Shown here one piece after another: positions 35,569-48,445 of a stretch of 64,000 bases of DNA (the stretch's first letter is position 1; each line of letters opens with the position of its first letter). This DNA comes from Schmidtea nova (lineage: Eukaryota): positions 421,104,001 to 421,168,000 of the forward strand of contig CM097883.1 in assembly GCA_044892505.1 (NCBI GenBank), given 5' to 3'. The notes under the pieces were generated by a model. That model was not told the origin of the DNA and did no database searches. It saw only the letters and a program-made list of their open reading frames with translations. The position numbers and the translations under genes are program-made.

Positions 35569-37616
35569 TTAAAAGGTAAATTAGTAATGTCATCAATGGT
35601 TGGTTGGCATGGATGTTTTTTAAAAAACTCTTCATAATTTTGATTTCCTGGCCTTATGAAATAATTATCTGATAAGAAATTAAACATTTTGTTTGTTGGT
35701 GTTATCATTTCATTATTGGCTTGGGTGGAAGTTGAAACTGAAGTTATTTCTTCGAGAATTGATGTTTCAACTTTATCTGCGCCAATGGGACACATATTAG
35801 TATCATCATTCCTCGAAACTGATGAACTTAAATCCAAATCCTTATTCAAATTTTCAATATCAAATGCATTGATCTTAGAAGTTGAAGCAAACATATCACT
35901 TAATTTAAGAGTATTTTTAGCAGCTTCTTGCATGATTTTTTGTCGCTCTTCTCTCTCTTTTTGAGCGCCTCCTTTAAATTTTCTTTTTTCCATTTTTTCT
36001 AAATAATAAACGTAAATAATTTAACAATATAATACAATAAGTATTTATTTAACCCATTAACGCCTAAACAGAAATTAATCGATAATTTATTCTTAAAGTT
36101 TGCATTGATAATTGCATTGATAATTAGAATAATTGATTCGTTATACGGCTTTTCGCTTTGCGGCCAAGTTTCGCAGAACATATCTAGGCCGTAAAACGAG
36201 GTATGGGTGTATTGTATATTATTTCATTTATTTATTTTTTTTAATCAGAAGAAATAATTTAATAGTTTACATATCGCCGGCCTCGCGGCCTCTAATTTGA
36301 CCAGCTCACCGGGAAATGTCCTGGTGTCCCGCCGGCCCAGTCCGCCACTGTAATAGAGAATCACATTATTATTTTAGAAATATCTAATAACGCAATACTC
36401 TCATTATTATGGTATAGATTATTCATTCTATTATCATTATTGTTATAAAGTTATTGACGAAGTTGACGTTTGGTAATAAATCAAAATAAATATTTAAACT
36501 ATTGTTATTATTAGTATCAACTATTGGAGGGCCATAAATTAGAATAAATATTCAAAATAAGGCAACAGCAAAAATAAATTATTATAGAATAAATAATAAT
36601 TTTAAAAAATCAATAAATATCGGTCAATAAATGTAAATGCTTGCTGTCTGTTGGGGTCAGGTGCTATTTTGCCTCATTGATGTTGACAATTGCTGATTCG
36701 ATTTTTTTGGATTGTGGGATCAAGGGGTAGCTGGTTCCCAGTTGCTTGTCAATCTTACGGATGTTCCCATTGATTTCATTTTGAGTTTGTTTTTGTCGAC
36801 ATTTCTCAATACTTGCTTGCCTTTCAGATGAGTGAATCTTCGATAGATACTCATGCAAAATGGAATTGGTGAGAGGCCTGCGCCTGAATTTCTGGCTCTG
36901 CGGATGAAATGATATCAGTGATTCGCATAGTTAATCAATTTACTTTGTGCTCGATCACATCCAATTTCTTGGCTAAATCAGTCAGATCTGGGGCTGTCTC
37001 GTCTTTCGGTTCCCGGGTTTTCCCATATGGGGTTAAATAGGTGCAATTTTAAATTCTTTCGGTTGCATGCTGTCGAATATATTCTCTGGCATTTAGATGG
37101 TAATTTAGAATTAAAATTTTCAATGGGAATTCTAAAAATAATTTAAAAAAATTTTTAAAATTCGAATAAATTATACAAATTATACAATTATACAAAATTA
37201 CAAAATTAAAAATAATGAAAAAAATATTCACTAAAAAATGAAATAATTAAAACATTATGAAATATTAAAATAAATAACTACTAACTGCTCCCGATATAAA
37301 AGTTGAAACGATTAGAATTGTAGATAAAGAAATTTCCAAGCGTACACACAGAGACATTAAAAATTTCTTAAATTTTAACATTTTCAAAAAAAATTTTAAA
37401 AAGTGAGAAAAGAAGGAAAAATCCCCATTAAATTTCGGGAAGGAAATAAGAGCCATCAATGAGATGTAATTTCGAAGAACGCATCTCATTGGTTCCAGGC
37501 AGAAAATTTGGCGACACAAAAAATATTGTTTGAGATGAGCTAAAAGCTCATTAAATTAGGAGCATAGCTCCAAAGAAATAAAATTATAATAATGAGCTCA
37601 AATAGAATTTTAAAAA

Positions 37617-37915
37617 NNNNNNNNNNNNNNNNNNNNNNNNNNNNNNNNNNNNNNNNNNNNNNNNNNNNNNNNNNNNNNNNNNNNNNNNNNNNNNNNNNNN
37701 NNNNNNNNNNNNNNNNNNNNNNNNNNNNNNNNNNNNNNNNNNNNNNNNNNNNNNNNNNNNNNNNNNNNNNNNNNNNNNNNNNNNNNNNNNNNNNNNNNNN
37801 NNNNNNNNNNNNNNNNNNNNNNNNNNNNNNNNNNNNNNNNNNNNNNNNNNNNNNNNNNNNNNNNNNNNNNNNNNNNNNNNNNNNNNNNNNNNNNNNNNNN
37901 NNNNNNNNNNNNNNN
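37617..37915. other. Assembly gap (299 N)
   Basis: Run of n. Confidence 1.
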
Positions 37916-38749
37916 TTGGTAGCAGCATTAAGTATTAAATAAATTAATAAATAAGTAACAAAATAAGCCTTTGCTGCAAAAATAATTTTATTAAGTGAGA
38001 AAATTTTCGATTATAAAATAATCCTCGCCAATCTCTAATTCGGCAAATAACTGGTATCTTCATTCATTCTGCTGTTTCTTTTTCCTTGATTTCTCTTCTT
38101 TTTCGTTGGATGCTAATCTGAAAATTTTTTAAATTCTTAATTGTTTTTTAAATGTTTTTTGTTAAAAATTTAAAAAATATAAAATGAAAACTCAAAAAAA
38201 AAAAATAAATAAATAATAAAATTATCCTTTTTAACTCTTTCTTTTAACTTCCAATTTCTGTTTGTTTTCTTGTCAAACTTTGGATCGATTTTTAACCCAC
38301 TTCCCGATATCCAATCGATCTGAAAATTTGCGAGCAGACTCTTGGTGGCCCACCAATTATTCCATTGAAAAATTGAAAAATTTTGAAAAATTTTGAAACA
38401 ATGTGATTTTTCAATTTACTGTTGCCAAACAATGAAACAACAAAATTAACCGAGAACATGAGAAAAAGAAAGAGTTACATTAAAAATTTGTTTTTATGGG
38501 TTCCTTTTTTTAAAATTTTTACTGTTTGTATTCTACATTTTTAATTTTCCAACCCTTTATATTTGAATTTTATTTTTTTATTTTAAAATTTAATTATATC
38601 TCTTTGAAATGCCCATAAATTCTCTGTACTATCACTTTTATTACTCCTTTTCATATCTTCCTTTTACTTTTATACTTATTTATTTGTATAACCACATGTT
38701 TTTTAACAAGGTAGTAAGTGGGCGATTTCGCTAACTTCCTCTTTAGAGT

Positions 38750-39500
38750 TTATTTTGGGTGTTTGTCTCTAATGAGAATAGTTTCTTTAAGTCTGAGATT
38801 TTTTTCGTCGTTTTCGTTTGTCAATATTCTCACTGATATTAATTTTTCCTTATTTTCTGTCTGACATTGGTGAAGATGTCTATATACAGATGACTTTCCA
38901 CCAGGATCAAGATATTCTTCAATTCTCTGATGCAAAGTCCGAAGGGTGCTTCCGATATAAATTTCTTCGCATTTATTACACATGATGCTATAGACAATGT
39001 TCTTGCGAAAGCATATTTTCTTTGGTGTTTGGCAATTTTCCATCTTACATTTATTTTCCTTTCTCGTGTTGTTAGCCAGGGTTTGCCTTAATGTCTTAGA
39101 TCTATGTGCCAAACGAATTGGAAGGCCAGTAAGATTAAGTTCTTTGATGATCATAAAATTTATTCGGTCACTGATGAAAGGAATTCGAAGGTAGAAATAT
39201 TTTTTTTCCTTTTGTAGGTCTTTCTGCCTTCTTTGGTTGAATTTTACTTTGTTAATCTCATTAATATTATGGTATCCATTACGATGCAGGACTTCAGTGA
39301 ATATTGTTTGTTGTACTGAATTGTCCTCTTCCTTTGTGCATCGATTATCTATCCTTTGTCTTTCATTTCTAATGACGTTTACTAGGGTGGCCCTTAGCAC
39401 AGCAAAAAATGGAAGTCATAATTTCAACTCTGGCACCAATCCAATCTGTGCCAAATATAGAAATAATGAATTGTGCAAAAAATCATTACGATTGGACAAT
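38750..39500 (-). pseudogene. Penelope-like element 3' fragment: RT thumb and GIY-YIG endonuclease
   Basis: HRNGY; NIVYSIMCNKCEEIYIGSTLRTLHQRIEE; LRLKETILI. Confidence 0.88.
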
Positions 39501-39739
39501 ATTTAGAGGTGGCCCTCGAGTGTTTAAGTTTTGTAAGTACCACTATTTGAAGCTTGCAATGTTAAATTGCCACAGTTTTCTTGTTTAGTTTACATTTATT
39601 CCACACACAGTCACACACAACATCTTGTAAAAGTTCAGTTTACTGTAATATCACTTATTCAGAAATAACTCAAACTGCAAAGTGCAAATGTTAAGAATTA
39701 TGTCTCTGCCAGACTGCCAACTGTTCATCCGTATTACTG

Positions 39740-40560
39740 TTATTTCGCTAGGATTCGTTTGGTACAGTCAGGGATATGTCGCCTGTGTTCATTCACAATT
39801 TGAAGAAGAAACTGGAGTTGATCTTCATTTTTGGTCAATTTCTTGTTGTAATCCTGAATGAGAGCAACTTCACGCTCGGCGCTGTCGTTGACAACCGCCA
39901 AGTTCTTGACAATGCCCAGTGCTCGTGTGTACGACTCATCCTGTTCCCAGTCTGATGGATCCTTGTCGAGCAGTGCCTCGGGCAGATCAAGCATCTGGAA
40001 CAGTTTTTTGGAGTTTGATGTACAGAACTGCTCCAAACCGTGTTTTCCCAGGAATGCATCAGACATTATGCTGGATCGCTTCGATGGATGATCCGGAGCT
40101 TCTTCGTCCATCGCGGCAATCATCAGTCTCTTTGAGTCATGCGATAATCTGGAGTCAAACAGAACCAGACCAAAGAACTCCTCGGACAGATACCACAAAT
40201 GTAGACCAAGCTTCTTGCTGGTTGTAGCAGAAAAAGCCGCACGAGGATAGTTCAGAAGTTGTCCCATAAGCTTGAAGTCATTCAGAGGTGCTTCAACAGC
40301 CAGTGGTGCAGTCATCCAGGCTTTGAGGTGGATGATAACGGAAAAGATGGCGACATCACAAATACCACGCTCTTCTGAAGCAGTCATCTTGAACTGACTG
40401 CGAAAAAGCCACATTTTGATGGAATAGAGGACTTCTGCCATCCATCGTGCCCAGGCATTTGAAAGCGAATTCCACGTTCAGGAACAGTGCCAAGAAATAT
40501 GACTGCAAGCTCAAGGAATTCTCTGTAGTCATCTCTTGGGAGCACGCTTGGGAGTCAGAT
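39740..40560 (-). pseudogene. C-terminal half of a hAT-like (hATm/hATx-type) transposase
   Basis: PRDDYREFLEL...MPG[deletion]ARWMAE...HLWYLSEE...VVNDSAERE; conspicuously GC-rich. Subfamily label is from memory of such motifs. Confidence 0.7.
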
Positions 40561-40616
40561 ATTTGATTGGTAATAAAATTTACCATTTCACCAACAACCC
40601 CAGGATCTAACATATT

Positions 40617-40634
40617 TGGTGAGCCCGACGTGAT
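40617..40634 (+). other. Primer-binding site for tRNA-Trp
   Basis: TGGTGAGCCCGACGTGAT, 17/18 to the complement of the eukaryotic tRNA-Trp 3' end; partial echo CCGACGTGATC at about 40679. Confidence 0.75.
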
Positions 40635-40850
40635 CTAATGCTGGTAAAAAGATTATTGAAAAAATAACTGTGATATATCCGACGTGATCAGCGGTTGGTG
40701 AAAATAATTGTGATAAAGAGAAATTATTCAACGAAATTGTGAAAAGGTAAATTATTGATTATTGTAATAAATTTGAATTTAGATTTTGTGCGATTTGAGA
40801 AAATAATTTATTGAAATGAATTTATGAAATCAGACTAAAGAGAATCAATA

Positions 40851-42139
40851 ATGAATAGTGAAGATTTATTAGTTTATGTTGACAATGAATGCTATGATGT
40901 TCTCAGTTCTCAAAGATTACCGATAGATCAATACAGAGGAGATCCATTTTCATTTTTCGATTTTATGAACGAATATCATATGTATGCTACAGCTTATGGG
41001 TGGACAGAGGCAAAAATTTTACAGAGATTTCCGTTATATTCAACTGGAGTTGCTCGTGATGTATGGTGTATGATTGACAAAAAGAAAATTGGAAATGAGT
41101 GGACAAAATTAAATGATGCAATGGAAGATAAATTGGTATGCAAAAAAGTTAAAAGAATCATGAGAAGAAATTTTTATGAAAGAAAACAAAAATATGATGA
41201 ACCTGTTCTTGATTATGGGTATGAATTAATTTCATTAGCTAAAAAGGCATTTAGGGTAGACTCAGTTGACAATAACAATGTTAAAAATCTTATAATCGAT
41301 AACTTTTTAAATGGTTTTAATAAAACTTTGAAACTTGTGTAATTGAGTTTAATGATGTATTTGATTTAATAAGAAAAGTTTCAAAGTTTGAACAGCAATT
41401 AATTGAGAATAAAGTTATTAAAAATTACAATGAACCTTGCTATAAAAGTGGTGATCAATCCTGTGATAATGAAACGAATCCTTTCCTTTGTTGTTATGAT
41501 ACGAATAATGGAAAAAGTTTATTAACAAAAAAGGAGTTTAAATTAAAAAACGGAAGTTTAGAATATGAATTTTGGTCAGATGATAAAGTTGTTGAATTGC
41601 AAAGTATTCAGTATGAATTGAGCTGTTTTACAAAAAATGAAAATATTTATTTTGTTAATAAATGCTTGGTCCTACCTCAATTTGTTTCAGTAAAAGAAGA
41701 AGAAATTGTAATTGACAGCCGTAATCGATTTATTATAAAAATATCGAATCTCAAAACATGTAATGTTCATTCCACAATTGTTTTCAATAAATCCATTCCA
41801 TATGAACTCATAACCGTCACGCATGATACAGTTCATATTAACTTACCAATTTACAATAATGAGTTGATGTCAAGTACTAGAAACAATGAAAAATTGAAAG
41901 ATAATAAATTTATTTTGGAAGTTATGGAAGATCAAGATGAATGCAGAGAGCTCAAAAACCATGTATGTATTATTGATGAAAGATTTAAATGTTTGATTGT
42001 TTTATATGTGATTGTTACATTAATATGGATTCAGTTAAAGTTTTTCGAGAATAGACATAAAGAAGAAATAATTAGACATCATTTTGAGTATATATGTTCA
42101 TCTATAAAGAATTACATTTGCATTCCAGTGATTGTCTAG
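40851..42139 (+). pseudogene. Retrotransposon gag-like ORF with long unassigned C-terminal extension
   Basis: AYGWTE...GVARDVW...RKQKYDEPVLDYGYELISLAKKAF...FLNG (Retrotrans_gag-like); break at 41342, then an open frame to 42139. Confidence 0.7.
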
Positions 42140-44181
42140 GTCAGTGTTATTTATTTCAAATGTGGAAATCGTATTGGGTCAAATGGAGAATTAAATAATA
42201 GAGTTCACTTATCAGATGTGAGTAGGGGATTCTCAATTTGTAATTTTTACTATGCTATTATAGAAAACTCCTTCATGACAATGGAACGCAGATAAACAAG
42301 CTATGGTCTAAAGTGAAACTAACATGAAACCATATACCTTCATAACAAAACAGATCGAATTCAAATCGAAATTTATAATGATGAAGTAACAGCTTATCGT
42401 AAGGCAAAGCTCCAAGAAAGGGTAAATATTTTTGTAAATAATAAAATTCAGACAGTGTTGGACAAATACCAGTTACAAGCAAAATTCAACCCTCGATATC
42501 AAGAGACCAACCCGACATCAAAGAATTTCCTAATAGAAATTCAATACCACCGGAGGAAAACATATCTAGATTGATGGCAAGTCATATTCATTGAAAATAA
42601 ATACATTCATCTGCGCGACAATGAATTCGCTAAGGAAAAAACGGATGATCAGAATTCGACTCAAGCATTAACTCTTTCATCAATTAATAACAAAACTCAT
42701 TCATTAATCTGTAGAAAGAACTCTTCAAATGACAATTGTGTAGATATATTTTTCATATGCGCAATCATGACAATTCCAAGTGGTGTTCTACTCATTTACA
42801 CTATTATCATCTCAAAGACTGACAAAAGAAACTACCCCATGTTTGATTTTAGCTACGGTGAACCACAGGCATGATATTAACATTATATTATCTTGATTTC
42901 TTTTCAATGAACTCAAATGTAGTATAAGCAATAATATTTTTCATTGTAAATTTTTATATTTAAATTTAAATTTCTTTGGATGTGATTTGATTGGTCGAAA
43001 AATCACACTACTGAGGGGGATTTTTGGATATGAAAATTGGCGATTGTTTTCAAAATTTGACTTGGAAATTGCAAAAAAAAAGAGAATCGAATCAAAAGAA
43101 AACGAGGAAGAAAATTCAGAAAATAGAGAAACCAACGAGGTTATACGAGAACTATTATCATGAAAGAAGAAATTATACGGAGAAAATTATTGTGATAGAA
43201 GCAAAATTTGAAATGTCCGAATTGGGCGAGGTTATGGAATGAAGAAATGAGAATATGTATGGTAGAGTTGGGATGGAAATCCAACGCCAAATTTTCAGAT
43301 TTATTGGTAAGGAAAAACGATGAGACATGGGACATCCACGTTTTTAAAGGAAGAATAGAAATTTTAGAAAATAATAGAGCTATTCTGAAAACAATGACGT
43401 TAAGTATTGCATAAGAAAATGCGAGCAGCCAATGGAACGGTTTGCGTCATATTAGAATACCGAGGACCAGCTCCAACAATTCATACACTGAAACGAAGTA
43501 TATTCAAGGAAAAGACAATAAAATTTAGTTATCCTCACTTATTTTATTAAGCACCCCGTAAAACTTTTGTAATGAATAGTAAAAAAATGAGCAAAAAAAA
43601 TAAAAAAGATAAATAAAAAATTTAAATAAGTTTTCAAATAAATAATAATTAAACAATAAATAATTAAATCAATAAAATCAATAATTAACAAATATAAACT
43701 ACTCATAAAAATGGTAAATTAATAAAATGTATAGTAAAAATTAATATAGTAGTAATTTCAATACAAATATATCTGTAGTAAGAACTCGATGGGAAGCTAC
43801 TCAGAAATATAAATACAAATAAGTATAGGATAAATATATATCATGGAATTAATTAATAAAAATTAAAAGCCTATAAGGAATCAGATCTCGAACTTCGAAA
43901 TTTGAGACCTTTATGGCAAATTATCTTACCTGCCTGCAGCACGGGCGTAACCAGCAGGCAGAATAATTTTAAGTAATAAAATACCTATAGAAGGGTGAGT
44001 GGGAGGCGCAATAAAAAATAGAAGTAAGTTTATGATACAGCAGACAAAATCTAAGTATTTACAATTAAATGGCACTCTTTAAGAAAAACCATAATCTACT
44101 CAATAAATACAAAAAATTCAATTAAAATGAATATACTCCAAATCTTTATTAAATGCGTCAATTGATTAGTTACAGAATTAA

Positions 44182-44187
<6 letters not shown>

Positions 44188-44254
<67 letters not shown>
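44188..44254. repeat. (TA)n microsatellite
   Basis: Perfect TA tract. Confidence 0.98.
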
Positions 44255-44256
<2 letters not shown>

Positions 44257-44945
44257 ATGTGTGTATATATCTATATGTGTTCAATTTATGCATTATTAAT
44301 AATTAATTTTTAAATACTGATTTAATAAAATTTAAAAGAAATCAATAATAATTAAATATGAATAACAAAATGGAATTCAAGTTAATTTTAAAAAATATAT
44401 TTTATTACACATAATGTCTAAGTTGTCTTAGAAAAAATTTATACCAAAGATCCAGCGATTAGAATAAACTTTACAACAAAAGACATATTATATCCACAAT
44501 TTATTTTACGAAAGTCATTTATAAAAGTTCTTATAAAAAGTTTCACTCAATACTTCGATTTGTACATCCTAAAAATAGGATGCTGGCACTTCAACAGCTC
44601 ATAAATAAAATATTTTGATATCTCACATTTCATTAAATACAGGGCGAGTTAACTTTAGAATACACTGATTTGGTATCGGGAATAACACAATATTTTCTCT
44701 CAGTTGAATTATAAAAAAGCGCAAAGTAAAAATTAAATATTTTCTACATCAAAAAAACTTTTACAGAATTTTTACCAAATTTTAATAAATAAAAAATAAT
44801 ATTTATAAAACTTTTAGTTATTAATAATAAAAATAACTCGCCTTCAAAAAAAATTAAATGAAAAAAAAATATTAGTTGCTTTTAAAAAAAATAAAATCGT
44901 TAAATATATTAATAATTATTCAAAAATACAACAAGTAAATATTAA

Positions 44946-45631
44946 TTATTTATTAACAATATGAATAATACATATTATTAATTCTAAAAAGTCAATATAT
45001 AATAAAAAAAAATTTATGAATCTATTACTGAAAATCTCAACATATTCTTGAATTGGATCTTGGAAAACATCCCCAGAGTTGGCATGTGAATTGTTCAGCG
45101 TTTTGTGTGGTTTTCTGATTGAGCACGTCGATAAGGGTGTGTCTTCGGTGCTGTTTTTGTTTGGATAGATAGGATTCAAACCAGCATCTTCATCGGCATT
45201 AAAATAATTGAGCACCTCATCGACGGTCTTGGTTTGAGAATTCTCCAGAGTTTCGAGGGAAAGCAGCAGCTGTTGCAGCTTTGGTGAACTTTTCGAGTTT
45301 TCTGTCGGGGATTTCTGATGGACAGTTCTGAGAAAATGCGAAGTGCATAATATAGGAAGTACATATATAAGAATGCCACAGAATCTGAAATTTTTTCACT
45401 TGAATCAAATCAAAAAAAAAGTGCACAAAATTATCTAACCAAATCTAATGAATTTTGTTGTCTGTCTGTGGTGTGAAGTGGAGTTGTCCAGTAGGTGTGG
45501 TGTGTTTTTTGTTCGTCCGTAGCTGAATACCTGGAGCCATTTTCACCAACAGCAATCACTTTTTGGCATGTTTGTATATAAGGAAATGTTAGGACACAAT
45601 TTTGCCGCAAACGGCTATGCATAGGCGACAA
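44946..45631 (-). CDS. Possible host gene remnant or exons, product unknown
   Basis: About 148 open codons from ~45390 (FCGILIYVLPIL...DEVLNYFNADEDAG...) after an AATTTCAG acceptor; reading frame ambiguous. Confidence 0.25.
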
Positions 45632-48445
45632 TATCGCACCAAATTAATTTGATAGCGGCAATTCAAAAAAAAATTATGCACATAAGTGCTGGTAAAAGTT
45701 AGGCACATAAAAGCCAAAGTTGCAAAGGGAGAAGATCACAAAAGTCGGATTGATGCCTGCACTTTGCAAAGCACTGCAAATGCCAAGATAATTTTTAATA
45801 AATCCTCAGGGTATGAATTTGCACAATTAATTATTGCAGAAAGAAATTATCAAAAAGTTAGGCATGTTAATGCCATAACTGGGAAAACCTTTGAATTTTC
45901 ATGATGTCAAACATTAGGTCATGTCAGTAAAGAATTGGAATTGACGAAGCAAACATAATTCACTTTTAAATGCAAAAAAAATTTTTTATTATCAACCACA
46001 TTGAATAAAGTAATTTTTTTGATTAATGCTGGGTTCATGGAGGGGTTAGATTGAAAATTTCTAATAGTGGCTAGGGATTCCCCGTCCTTGACCATGCATA
46101 AATGATTACGATTCTCACTCGAGCGCCCTTGATTATTTCCCTTGATAACCAAGTTGGTGATGCGCAAGGTGATTGAACAATGATGGACAGGTGAGCTCTA
46201 TTGCTAGAACTACTCCCCATTTATGTTCACAAGTTCACGCTGCCGTTAGGAGGACTTACGCTTAGTTTACGAATTATTTAATTTATTTGTTATATGCTGT
46301 GAATTTATTATTTAGTTTACTAAAACTGTGCTAATTACAATTAACCATGTTTTGCTTAATTATATTTAAATTAACGAAAAATTTATGAGTCACAACAGAG
46401 ATTTCAGTACAAATATTAATCATTTTATTGATTACAACAAAGGAGTGAAATTTCCTTCTGGCGGGAAAATTTCAGCTAATAATTCAAGTTCGGTCAGTCT
46501 TGATAAATTGTCGACTTGGGTCTGAAATCGTTGCGCTAAAAGCTTCTTCTGCCTCCTTCGTTTTTGTCCGATTCGCTTTCGCTTTAAATGCGTATGGCTC
46601 GGGTGTGCACCATTGGTGACCAGTTGCGAGTTTTCCGTTGTTGTTCCAACTAGCCCTTCGACGTCTGTACCAATTGAGCATACCGGTTTTTTCTCGGATA
46701 TCCAACTCTGGTACGTCACTGGCCGGATCTGCGATTTCAGTTCCTTCTCGATATAGGTCGTGGTCACGGAGTGGAGGCATTTCCTCAACTCAATCTTTGT
46801 TGCCTCCACTCCAGCTTGTAGTCCTCGGCGGTTCTCTGAGCCCGCTCTGTTTTGTTGATTTGGTCTTTCATCCGCGCAGGAGCAAACCAACTCTTGCGCA
46901 GATATGTTAACTGGGCTTCTGTCTTAGATAATTGAGCCTTCACTTAGGCCAATTCTTTATCTTGGGCCCTTTTGATCCGCCACAACTTGTCGATCTCATT
47001 CTGTTGGTGTGAGTCTGAGCTCATACTAAAATATTTTAAACAATGATTATTCGTTTCCCTATTCACATTATTGATATTATCCATACAACTGGGCAAACAA
47101 AATCACAAAACAAAACAACGGAAGAAAGCCTTTTAAACAGCTATTTATTTGTACCAAATCACTATGAATTACGGAGAGTGCGAATTTTTTTTAAAACATA
47201 TGAAATGTGGAGCCTCTGATTGATGGGCGATTTTCGTAATTGGTGTAGGGAAATTTTCGGTTGATTCCGCATAAATTCATTTCCAAGAGATCTAGGCGAG
47301 ATGCGCTATTGAAGATCTAATGCAGCTTTTTCGCTTTGAGGGATGTGTCCCCAATAAATGATCTTGTCGGGTTCTCGGTTTGAGTCGTTTATCACCGCTA
47401 TCAGCCGTCCGAACTTGGATGAATAGTTCCGACTAGAATTCGGCCATCCCAGCCCTCCTCGATACAATATGCGATCGTTGTTATTAGCCCAAATAGAGAA
47501 CGGGCATTTTCTTCCTAAATATCTGCGCCATATAAACATTTGGGCGCTGACCCAATATAGGAGACCTCAAATCCTTCAGCCCTTTTGCATAGAATTTAAC
47601 ATCGACTGACTCCGACGATCGTCTATAATTGATTAACATTTGCTCCACTCTTCCTACTAACATCTGTGTTATTTCCAATTTAAATTCATGATTTAGATAT
47701 TAATTAATTTATCACAAAATTATGCGGAAATCAACTTATTAATTAACCCCGTCGCGATGTACCACGATCGGAATATATTTGTATTTAATTTATGTATTCC
47801 TGCGCTGTACAGCGATCAGGATATAAAATTTCTTATGGCATTCCTGCGCTATCTACAGCGATCAGGCTATAAAGTTTTATATAATTCAACCGGAACTTGT
47901 TTACGCGAAGTGTGATTAGGCATCGTATTGATCTTTGGTCTAATTCATTTTTAATTTAGTTTACTACACGACTATAGTGAACGATGTCAAGAATGCTTGG
48001 TAAGTGATCGATTAAATTTAATAATTGCATTTTTCATCACAAATCTGTCTAGTTGATATCGTTGGTAATTGAGATGTGCACACAATGGTCATACCTTCGA
48101 AGGTGTATGGTGTGTGCTCAACCTTCAAGGGGTCTGAAACCTTCAACCTTTTTCAATCCTTATAATGTACATATCATTCGAAAGGTCATTGAGAGGTAAG
48201 TATGATGGTCATACCCTTGAAGGTGTATGGTGTGTGCTCGACCTTCAAAGGGTGTAAAACCTTCAAACCTTACAAGTTATATATCAAACAAAAGGTAATT
48301 TTCAGACGAGTATGGTGTGTGTGTTATGTAATTCTTTCAACGACTTTCCTACCCCAATTCAAACAAACACATTGCAATCCATGTGCAACGAAACAAAGGC
48401 TAATGGAATTTTATTTATAAATATTCATTAAATAAAATATATAAT

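Larger units (their letters stand above)
28431..36350 (-). mobile_element. hAT transposon (ZMYM1/DUF4371-type) split by two insertions
   Basis: 5' TIR CAGTGGCGGACTGGG ending at 36350; ORF pieces 35562-35993, 34404-35405 (TTF finger, DTTQD, TDGAANM), 33813-34388 (ETRWSA), 28509-29159 (ACERSFSKLK dimerisation motif). 3' TIR not found. Confidence 0.92.

Noticed and set aside
37584-37942. Two poly-X ORFs
   Set aside because: Artefacts of the N gap.
38720-38746. Hammerhead-like remnant CTAAAGA-GGAAGTTAGC-GAAA at the Penelope 3' end
   Set aside because: PLEs often carry hammerheads, but the core is mutated, stem II does not pair and no stem III/NUH was found.
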